A stretch of 30,389 bases of DNA from a virus (Duplodnaviria > Caudoviricetes), in the IMG/VR virus record IMGVR_UViG_3300012267_000019, positions 1 to 30,389 of that record. The stretch is one strand, 5' to 3'. The notes beneath the pieces are model-generated. The model did not search any database, was not told the origin of the DNA, and saw only the letters and a program-made list of their open reading frames with translations. Position numbers and translations under genes: made by a program. Of the stretch, positions 11,201 to 17,498 are shown piece after piece (position 1 is the stretch's first letter; each line of letters begins with the position of its first letter).

Positions 11201-11851
11201 ATGGACCCCAGCCGTATAGAGGTAGGTAGTGTGCTGCCGTTCCTGGGAGACCGTGTGTACGCACCCAAGACGGACGACTTCGGTGAGTCGGCCGTGTACT
11301 ACCTAGAGCAGAACATAGGTCCTTGGTTTGGCCTCACCACGGGGGTCATAAAAGGTACTATGGATGCTATGAACGGGGACTTCTACGAGGCCAGTCAGGG
11401 GCTGCTACCTAAGCCCTTTGCGGACCCGGTACGAGCGTGGCATGAACGGGATGGCGTACGTAACCGTTCAGGAGCTATAACGTACGACACCGGGATGTGG
11501 GACTCTGTGAATAGGGCGCTCGGTATGCGCTCAGCGGATGTACTCGTCGCACAGGAAACGGCTGGCGCGGTGTACCAGGCCACTAGCAATGTCCAAAGGG
11601 CGAGGCAGAACTTGCTGGTCGAGTACGCGACGTACCACGCGTTGGGGGACGACGAGGGTAAGCAGGAAGTGATGGGCCGCATAGAGAATTTCGGTGCCAA
11701 GAACCCGGCTTTCCGTATCGTTGGCCAGGACATAGGCAGAATGTTGGTCAATCAACGTCGCACAGAGCAAAACGTTCGGGAGTTTGGGGCGCCGACGAGC
11801 AGGCAGTTTACTCCGGCTCTCCAAGAAATCACCGGCATTAGAGGGAACTGA
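5234..11851 (+). CDS. Large internal virion / polyvalent-type protein with zincin-like HExxH motif and PLxRFG-like region
   Basis: 2205 aa. Gly/Ala-rich hydrophobic N-terminal region; acidic linker; HEGAH at 8522-8536 followed by AAEEVL; YSPLIRHG with PLIRHG at 9701-9718; helical C-terminal region with TQFNYS and QFQQY. Confidence 0.7.
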   Translation: MATGLGIGVDPAAEAAKGAVEAYRNRRSAPSTQDMQYLAELVRNNTRDRSRTFGEVAGDTGLSLLGGAIDLGQATYGIGNMATLGTLDEVTGGFSGNFREAGDAVQGWQSEPLQLRREDANAAFDDGLVSGAQAYLSDPSLLWDIAGRAVPSLIPTVAAGGMAARTVGAVAGKEAAQKAATTAAIRTGGAQIAGSTNVEAVRTLREQDVDGVARPLLGLGAGLVAGIGGGAISRFTGAGALEGAVGRRLAGVGGTGAGVGAVKGAVGGIGREATEEALQSTLETTAVNAVAPDNTLGQGVGKAAVMGGIGGGLIGGPLGAYAGMANPPAPDAPARAADDPGLPNVDLFGREVSTEGPAAPTPEQLDMQIRARADDLIETSGYTDAEAMQQATREIEPPDFSLAATPDEIDVRIRERATGLVENEGFTEAQALQQATQELSPQQELGLEIEQEPELRLTGEEQRAADLGGVLIQNEILFEGENGNIEVNPEQQALFDQATEGMTREQWDATLQRIMDVRKKAREEGARVRQQVEETTRVNQQAGVTEGDIRSAKQVEVEEKQARVEAETLSKYKESVDEEGNRKYTRYDPYEQRLVTIDRGEAVRDARRVVEEQDARAQEQQEALEAEAREAARPVDEKWRSWLDESETFEVKKNNLNKNNKEWQRFKQAALDANIAPGTPEAGVFLSDMANELGKSATKAGVLGRTLGTVYDVTTDMDPVPATPATEPEQQVGTQQERDDRLLDPTTAPVEPPAEPVVDTPADSAPIQDLEARQSAGAPLVPALYTPDGLPFDNRKQANDAKRRRWLKDIAIENNVKIADLKAEEIPGRGWVLKVQTYDDFSPQQAQEQQIEEQQEIQQQEQEAAADPVLQKAEEAVIPPAEKSDIALQQKQANVERIQRRVEGYYLDEAKKGESRTEFYKRKGKDYLRDELVLASSMEELDTMYASIMDTPTAKAMSVEDKRELVAIYNGTADRGNFMRVNPEDDTVIDYRTAAQRQEDGATPEPPPSRSPRRKRKQDAKKGKGKEQEETLLTPDTLDDIMGNNPDVQFHQTVADYKKATGRYAPTDAAGVFDNDGVHAILSNIKTAEHLAEVIAHEGAHKGIRSMLGDRVSAVTNRLWANAALRERIRTKMRNQSLDRAGAAEEVLVDMIAANERLTGDVWTKIKSAVQATFESTLGVSKYRVTDRQVDALLDDVARATRGEDVINRGYQPLSENDFLDTLIGKPQAITQSQRFSRVMETLNRGRPDVPGRQNAIGEAIKEATNVSRTSLRDILTNIKSGQYGRAFLPFVPLNQIYNLYGRNFDHVITAEDGTTEVRNTFRDLNTLKGEQEARFNQRLARKRDIELDGETFHSSVMELSDRGQAFQRHSPEKVDDLNSVLQETSFFQVWPQKAWEDQPGINYKRYNMTPEERKAAWEVLSRKYNNLGTEGQTLYREMQASYRDAAVSHLNAIEAELRRITGRTKGEPLPDDHILRVARRQLTNGPYSPLIRHGDHLVIVRGPEGTEHLSGHDTQTEAEAMRVAMSKQYPAVDGFTVSRTLNSTENGVFSGLNQQQLDALESSVVNAIPEDSPPETAKLIRDALTETYLKMLPASSFGKFSNRRKNVSGYSMDGLRAYSDYSLKAARRISAIEYDGRISQAITGMQEHIRAKAAAIEPGQMDDEGRVVNTELEQSVVDKVQSQHQAALNKSYSKLASTLSGAGFLYMMTSPSQLFVNATQTFMVAMPRLAARYGGANTLAIGKEAMANFTKSGGDFLSEKAATNGSAATGVRSVMQRLFEDGTLDFTFSMDMTDAANGESGQLNATWRKTVESMSVWIHKSEVFNRQMTAYMATRMHAAENNMDLENLSDTDLDMLHRVAKDAVDSTQFNYSQSNKAEMLQGPVRRLVGQFQQYRLNMIAMMAKDIRDSMGGNKATAEERSLARKSLAYMLGTQLAFTGAVGTALSPIAFAIMDAFGSDDEDFVDSRTALLQAVPTFVSHGFMGGVLNMDPSRIEVGSVLPFLGDRVYAPKTDDFGESAVYYLEQNIGPWFGLTTGVIKGTMDAMNGDFYEASQGLLPKPFADPVRAWHERDGVRNRSGAITYDTGMWDSVNRALGMRSADVLVAQETAGAVYQATSNVQRARQNLLVEYATYHALGDDEGKQEVMGRIENFGAKNPAFRIVGQDIGRMLVNQRRTEQNVREFGAPTSRQFTPALQEITGIRGN

Positions 11852-11860
11852 AGTATAAAT

Positions 11861-11875
11861 AACGTATAATACGTT
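11861..11875 (+). promoter_or_regulatory. Palindrome AACGTAT-A-ATACGTT containing a TATAAT -10 box, upstream of the lysis cassette
   Basis: AT-rich intergenic gap; TATAAT at 11865-11870 inside a perfect 7-1-7 inverted repeat; no consensus -35. Confidence 0.5.
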
Positions 11876-11910
11876 GGTGATTGAATTTCGTACGCAGACA
11901 GGAGGTTGAC

Positions 11911-12225
11911 GTGGACTCAACCATCGCAAAGCTGGTCCAGGAAATGGTGGTATACGGAACGATAGGTGCCTTTGGGGGCACTGCTCACTACGTATACCAA
12001 GCGGCTCGCAAAGGCCGTGCCTTCTCTGGGTGGGGGTTCATCGCCAACGTATTCCTCGCATGGGTAGTGGGCTGGGGTGTAGTCTTGTGGTTCGACGCAT
12101 CAATGAACCGCAGAGAGTTCTACTCACTTGTTACAGGATTCCTCGCGTACCCTATACTTGACACCATAGACCAAAACCGATCTGCGCTGATGAAGAAACT
12201 TCGTTCTATCAAGGGGCCAGACTGA
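11911..12225 (+). CDS. Putative holin
   Basis: GTG start with GGAGG at 11901-11905; 104 aa, about 3 hydrophobic segments and a basic C-terminus; two genes upstream of the endolysin. Confidence 0.65.
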   Translation: MDSTIAKLVQEMVVYGTIGAFGGTAHYVYQAARKGRAFSGWGFIANVFLAWVVGWGVVLWFDASMNRREFYSLVTGFLAYPILDTIDQNRSALMKKLRSIKGPD

Positions 12226-12235
12226 GGTGAACGTA

Positions 12236-12631
12236 ATGACTACTTCTTTGCTTTTTACGCTGCTCGCAGCCGCCACGCACCTCCTCGTGATTAAGGAGGT
12301 GCGACGGTTCTTCAAAAGCAAAGGGAGTTGCCAAGAAGCAGATAAGCACATTGTGGCTACTCTAGGCATGGGCAGCATAACATTCGTGCTTATACAGGGT
12401 GTCCAGTTAGTAGGTTCCCCAGGTTGGTACATTACAAATAACATATACGCAGGGCTGTGGAGCGGGTTCGCCATACTTAACGCGTCTTTGTACTACGCTA
12501 CGGCCAAGATACTTGCTGACCGTAGGACCAGTGAGACGGGTTCTGATATGACGGACCTCAAGACTAGGAAACATAACAGGATGAAGGCTTTTAAGCACCA
12601 CTACGGCCGCAGGGCAGGAGACAAGCAATGA
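12236..12631 (+). CDS. Membrane protein of the lysis cassette (about 3 TM segments, basic tail)
   Basis: ATG at 12236 preceded by GAGGTG; three hydrophobic stretches and a K/R/H-rich C-terminus; ATGA overlap with the endolysin. Confidence 0.6.
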   Translation: MTTSLLFTLLAAATHLLVIKEVRRFFKSKGSCQEADKHIVATLGMGSITFVLIQGVQLVGSPGWYITNNIYAGLWSGFAILNASLYYATAKILADRRTSETGSDMTDLKTRKHNRMKAFKHHYGRRAGDKQ

Positions 12632-13230
12632 CTAAGTGGATTGACGAGGTAGAGCTACAGTCGGAAGAAGACGCGTTTGACGAGCTGGTCAAGCATACAT
12701 GGGAAGTAGAGGGCGGGTTTTCCAACCACGACTCTGACCCTGGCGGGGCTACCATGTACGGTATCACCGAGGCCGTGGCCCGAGCGCACGGATACACCGG
12801 GGGCATGAAAGACCTCCCCGAGTCATTCGCGCTTTCTGTGTACCGTAAGTCTTACTTTGAGAAGCCTGGATTCCACCTCGTGGCGATGCGTTCTCTGGTG
12901 CTGGCCAAAGAGCTGTTCGACTGCGGCGTGAACACCGGCCCTCCTCGTGCCACCATGATGCTCCAGCGGGCACTGAACCTTCTCAATCAACGCGGCCGTG
13001 ACTGGGCCGACCTGAAGGTGGACGGCGCCCTTGGCGGGAAAACCATGGAGGCCCTGGACTCGTTGATCGGCAAGAGGGGCAAGGTCGGTAAGGATGTTTT
13101 GCTGAAGGCCCTCCTCGTGCAGCGTGGGGCCTACTACATGGACTTGGCTGCGCAGGACGAGAAGTTCGAGGACTTCTTGTTCGGCTGGCTCCGCACTCGC
13201 GTTGACATGGAGCTGATCTGCCATGGCTGA
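12628..13230 (+). CDS. Endolysin, glycoside hydrolase family 108 with C-terminal peptidoglycan-binding domain
   Basis: EGGFSNHDSDPGGATMYGIT catalytic motif, FDCGVNTG, LQRALN, VDG.LG.KT and F.FGWL..RV. Confidence 0.93.
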   Translation: MTKWIDEVELQSEEDAFDELVKHTWEVEGGFSNHDSDPGGATMYGITEAVARAHGYTGGMKDLPESFALSVYRKSYFEKPGFHLVAMRSLVLAKELFDCGVNTGPPRATMMLQRALNLLNQRGRDWADLKVDGALGGKTMEALDSLIGKRGKVGKDVLLKALLVQRGAYYMDLAAQDEKFEDFLFGWLRTRVDMELICHG

Positions 13231-14404
13231 GTCCGCAGAGGCCGTGCTGTCTTTCTCTGCCGGGGAGGACCATGTTTCACATGAAACACGTATCCCTGAG
13301 GGATTCGCACGGCGCGTGGTGAACTGGGACTTGGACGACACGGGGGTGGCCCATCAACGGCCGTCCCTAGACGCGTTTTCTGGGGCCTCAGATTGCCACT
13401 CTGTGTGGCGCAACCCGGTAACGGGGGAAACCCTAGCGGTCTACGGGGAACGCCTATCTCGTCTGTCTGGGAGCACCTTGCTGCCTGTGCAGACGCTGCT
13501 CGGCCAGGATGTGTGGCTGTACGACGGCCGGAGAGTCTACTACTTCGCTCGTAACGGAGTGACGTACTTCACCAACGGTGTCGCTCACGGTACTTTGCGG
13601 CCTGACGGCTTCGTCCACACGTGGGGCGTGCCAAATCCGGTGACCCCGGTGAGGGATACGTCACAAGGCATCGTAAGGTACTTGACGTACGAAGATACCA
13701 ACGGTCAGGAGTCCGGCGCTGTACGGTTTGACGCAGGTGTGCCGCCTCAACGCGTGGGCTTGGTACCTCGGTTGTTCTGGTCAGACGGGGAGACTACCAA
13801 GTATAGGCTGAACGGCACAGGCCGGGAGCTTCGTACGCAATCTCTGGTTCAGTTCCCTCCCGGCAGGTTCTTGGAGGAGATAGGGGGGAGGCTGGCAACG
13901 GTTCGAGGGTCGAAGGTCTACTACACATCTCCCCTAAACTACGGGTTGATAGACCCTAGGTACAATTTCATAGATGCGGGATCACAGATTACCGCTATGA
14001 TTACTGTAGAGGACGGCACTTACGTCTCAACTAAGCATGAGCTGCTGTTCTATTCAGGTACAGACGTAGACGAGCTACGCAGGGAGAGCGTACTGGGCAA
14101 AGGTATACTTCCTGGAGCGGTGTGCCGAGTACCTGTGACTGCGCTGTCACCGGAAGTGAGGACCAACGAAGGTCAGAGGTACGCAGTGGCTGCGCTGACC
14201 GAGGACGGAATAGCCCTCTTGATGAACAGGGGAAACGTAATAGCGCCGACTGGAGGGAGGCTGAAATTGCCGCCTAACACTGAGGTGCGAATGGACTTGG
14301 TAGAACGTGACGGATACTATCAAGTTGTGGCTGTACCCACCCAACCGATAAGTGCTGCCTCTATGGCGGCTATCGACTCACCAGTAGAACCCATAGAGGT
14401 GTAA
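13223..14404 (+). CDS. Virion structural protein (tail nozzle/stabilisation-like, beta-rich)
   Basis: 393 aa overlapping the endolysin stop. The N-terminal pattern R..VN.D.D..G...R and beta-rich repeats suggest a podovirus tail protein; function inferred. Confidence 0.5.
   Translation: MAESAEAVLSFSAGEDHVSHETRIPEGFARRVVNWDLDDTGVAHQRPSLDAFSGASDCHSVWRNPVTGETLAVYGERLSRLSGSTLLPVQTLLGQDVWLYDGRRVYYFARNGVTYFTNGVAHGTLRPDGFVHTWGVPNPVTPVRDTSQGIVRYLTYEDTNGQESGAVRFDAGVPPQRVGLVPRLFWSDGETTKYRLNGTGRELRTQSLVQFPPGRFLEEIGGRLATVRGSKVYYTSPLNYGLIDPRYNFIDAGSQITAMITVEDGTYVSTKHELLFYSGTDVDELRRESVLGKGILPGAVCRVPVTALSPEVRTNEGQRYAVAALTEDGIALLMNRGNVIAPTGGRLKLPPNTEVRMDLVERDGYYQVVAVPTQPISAASMAAIDSPVEPIEV
13273..13288. promoter_or_regulatory. 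parS: parS-like site TGTTTCACATGAAACA (1 mismatch to consensus), intragenic
   Basis: 15/16 match to TGTTTCACGTGAAACA; encodes part of H-V-S-H-E-T. Confidence 0.6.
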
Positions 14405-14405
14405 C

Positions 14406-14957
14406 ATGAAACAGAGCCAGCTTATCCAGCTCAACGACGGCGGTATTTTGATGCCTGACGGGGGCGTAGCACGTGGCACATACTTCGCCAGCCATAACGA
14501 GGGGCCGTGGGAGCCTATTTTTAACTCTTTGACTAAAGAGTATCTTACGTACTTGCTCAACTCTGGTATGCGAGGGTCACCTGCTGCTCTCACGAGTTGG
14601 TACATGACGCTGTTCGGCGTGGGCCAAAACCCAACAGACGACTGGACAGCGGCCTCGTTTGCGGCGCTTGACGCTGAAAACGAAAGCACTGCCGAAGGGT
14701 ACGTGAACCCCACTCGCCCCGTGTGGACACCCGGAGTAGCCGTTGACGGGCTTATCGCCAACTCCGCAGACCCAGTACGGTTTACCTTTGCTACCGCCAG
14801 CTCCGTAAACATTGGCGGTATCGCGATCCTCTCCAGTGACGTACGCGGGGGGTCTGCCGGGGTGCTCGCTTCGGCTGCCAACCTCAACAACTCTCGTCAG
14901 TTTGAAGACGGTGATACGTACGACGTGGTGTACCGGCTCCGCCTCGAAGCGCAGTAA
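14406..14957 (+). CDS. Virion structural protein (tail-associated)
   Basis: 183 aa with motif E.T.EGY...TRP.W ... FT.....I.G..ILSS..RGG..GVL, of the kind seen in phage tail-region proteins. Confidence 0.55.
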   Translation: MKQSQLIQLNDGGILMPDGGVARGTYFASHNEGPWEPIFNSLTKEYLTYLLNSGMRGSPAALTSWYMTLFGVGQNPTDDWTAASFAALDAENESTAEGYVNPTRPVWTPGVAVDGLIANSADPVRFTFATASSVNIGGIAILSSDVRGGSAGVLASAANLNNSRQFEDGDTYDVVYRLRLEAQ

Positions 14958-14960
14958 GCT

Positions 14961-17498
14961 GTGAGCTACAACGGACCAGTAAACTTGCGGGTTGACGGCG
15001 CACGGGATGACCCCCGTGCGCAGTTTCTTGTGGCCCAAGGTCGCCGGATGCTGGGACTTCTGGAGCTTGCTCACGGCCACAACCCTAAGCAGGGGGCCGT
15101 GGCTAACTTGTGGGGGGGAGAGGAAACGGGGTACGTAAAGGTTATATGGACTCGGGAAATAAAGACCATATTCGTTACGGTGCCTAGCTACGGTCGAGAG
15201 GAAGGAGGGGGAGTACGGAGAAAGTCTATTACGTTCCCCGGACTACGCCTCAAAAAGTTTTGTACCAACGGGTTGTTTTTCCACCACCCGGAGCACGGGC
15301 CGCTGCTACTGCCCGCTGACCCAGAGACGGGCCTGGTCGTACTACCCACGCTCCTGGGCGTCATAGAGACGGCTGACGACCTGCTGCTACCATTGGGGCC
15401 GGAGGGAGAACCGGACAACCCCAAGATAAAAGAGGGCTTGGTTCCTACGTCTGCCAGGGTACACACGTTCACCGAACCGGGGGAAACAAAGTCTCTGGCA
15501 ACCGGGGACAACCACGTGTTGTGCCTAGAGGAGAAAGGCCACTGGTTCTACCCTAAGCCGTTTACTTTGGAGGCTCCAAGAGCCGTTTACTTTGCGTTGG
15601 ACGGAGTTGACGACGAGGGTAATTTTGAACCTAAGCCTCTTAGCGATATGTTCGGCTCTACTCGGCCGGAGGTGTCTCAACGCGTAGCCATGTGGTCGGA
15701 CTTCGATAACTTCAACCCCGATACCACCTATACGTCTGCACTGAGGAACCTAGGCTTCTTGGTGGACGACGCGGGTTCACTCAGCCAGGCCAGTCGGACA
15801 CGGCCGGATAGGCTACGGCTGTCCGACACAGACGATGTGGTGGTAGAGGAGTCCAGGGAGCATTGGTACTCGGAGCGGAGGTCGCTGCTGTCCTCGTTCA
15901 ACCGGGATGGGTGGATGGCCTTGAACTGGAACGCTACTCGCGGGGTGGAAGACTATTACTACAACCTGACTTTTCTCGCGTACTTCCGGTTTGAACTGGC
16001 CCCCTGTGCGTCCATATTAGTTAGACAACCTCTGGGTACGTTTACTCCCTATATAGGGTATAGACACGTAGCTAGGTGGCATGGCATAACTAATCACGAT
16101 GCTTTCCCCGGCAGCCCTAGGGTGTCGAAGACTACGACCGTTAGACCTGCAACCCTGGATGTACCGTCTTCTCCCGGCGTGGTCACAGAGATAGATGGAG
16201 GCCCTGACCTGAGTGCGTGGGCTACGGTTACTGCGTGGCAGGTGAGGGACCAAGCGTACATAGCGTTCAGCATTATTCCGGGATTCTGGGATTACCACGC
16301 GAAACTGTCCGACTGGAGGGATTCGTGGGGGTTTAAGAGCACCATGATAAACCACAGACAGACGGGCATTAACCCGTTGGACTATAAAGAGTACGACGCT
16401 CTTCACGGGTACCCGTTTCTGTGCGTGTACGACACCCCCGTATACGATTCTCCGGTAGTCGATGGGTCGCGAGTAGATGTCCACGCTACCAGTATGCAGA
16501 ACCTGAACGAAGTACAGGTAGATAACCTGACATGGAACCAGTCGTCTAGTGTTACGTTACCCAACACCAAAGTAGTATCTTTCGCTGGTACTGTAAGCAC
16601 GGAGTACGAAGAAGATATTGAGTTCACCAGTGAGGTTACTGGCAGCACAGACTTTGGGGGTACGTACATACCTCCGGATGAGTCCGGAGGAGGCTACTAC
16701 CGTATGACATTGGTGGATACTGTGTCATTCAGCGTAGGGCAGTCTGGTACTTTTAGCATAGGGTATAACGTAGTAGGTCAGTTTAGTATACCGGACGAGC
16801 ATACTGGCGAAGACATAATTGTGCCCCTAGGAATACAGCAAGCAGGTAATTTCGTGGTAAACGGGGGTGGGGGAGGTACCATATCTTCTGGGCTGCCCAA
16901 CGGCGGTTCATTCACGTCCCAGTCCTCCAGCCCTCAGTTGGCGAGCCTGGACAAAGGCAGACCAATGGTGACCCTGGATGGGATACCAATGGGGGAAGGT
17001 GCCGGGGATATATTTCCTCCTGCCAGACCCATGGGGAAGTGGTTGCCTTGGGTATTTACTGACTTAGCGTTGTGTGTGCCCGCCGCTGGCTTCTACTGGG
17101 CTATAGAGGACCGAGGAGACACGTACTTACTGACTATATTCGGGGATAACTACCACGAGAGGGAAGAAGAGGTAGAGGGTAGTACGTTTAATACAGTGTT
17201 TGGTATGTGCCGTAAGTGCGTAACGGCAGTCGTACTCAAGGGTAACGTAGAAGGCAGCAGAGTTGTACCTGTCAAGAGAAAGGACTGGAACGACAGGGGC
17301 ATACAGAACGTAACTGAGACCGATACGTATGACGTAGTACATAACCCCGTAACGGGGCAGTATTTCGAGGTTAAGGATGCGGGGGTAGACACCGTACGGG
17401 CTGCGTTTCTGCACGTGTCATCGAAGCTCAAGTATTCTAAACTGTTGCTGGACATCGAAGGTGACACAATAGAGTGGGAGGAGCCGAGCGGTGATTAA
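14961..17498 (+). CDS. Large hypothetical virion protein, possibly receptor-binding
   Basis: 845-aa ORF with GTG start, tightly packed between its neighbours; rich in beta-forming, aromatic and acidic residues. Confidence 0.55.
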   Translation: MSYNGPVNLRVDGARDDPRAQFLVAQGRRMLGLLELAHGHNPKQGAVANLWGGEETGYVKVIWTREIKTIFVTVPSYGREEGGGVRRKSITFPGLRLKKFCTNGLFFHHPEHGPLLLPADPETGLVVLPTLLGVIETADDLLLPLGPEGEPDNPKIKEGLVPTSARVHTFTEPGETKSLATGDNHVLCLEEKGHWFYPKPFTLEAPRAVYFALDGVDDEGNFEPKPLSDMFGSTRPEVSQRVAMWSDFDNFNPDTTYTSALRNLGFLVDDAGSLSQASRTRPDRLRLSDTDDVVVEESREHWYSERRSLLSSFNRDGWMALNWNATRGVEDYYYNLTFLAYFRFELAPCASILVRQPLGTFTPYIGYRHVARWHGITNHDAFPGSPRVSKTTTVRPATLDVPSSPGVVTEIDGGPDLSAWATVTAWQVRDQAYIAFSIIPGFWDYHAKLSDWRDSWGFKSTMINHRQTGINPLDYKEYDALHGYPFLCVYDTPVYDSPVVDGSRVDVHATSMQNLNEVQVDNLTWNQSSSVTLPNTKVVSFAGTVSTEYEEDIEFTSEVTGSTDFGGTYIPPDESGGGYYRMTLVDTVSFSVGQSGTFSIGYNVVGQFSIPDEHTGEDIIVPLGIQQAGNFVVNGGGGGTISSGLPNGGSFTSQSSSPQLASLDKGRPMVTLDGIPMGEGAGDIFPPARPMGKWLPWVFTDLALCVPAAGFYWAIEDRGDTYLLTIFGDNYHEREEEVEGSTFNTVFGMCRKCVTAVVLKGNVEGSRVVPVKRKDWNDRGIQNVTETDTYDVVHNPVTGQYFEVKDAGVDTVRAAFLHVSSKLKYSKLLLDIEGDTIEWEEPSGD

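Noticed and set aside
5234-11851. Giant ORF as an N4-like virion RNA polymerase
   Set aside because: It is much shorter than N4 vRNAP (about 3500 aa) and I found no convincing polymerase motifs; the HExxH and PLxRFG-like motifs fit better.
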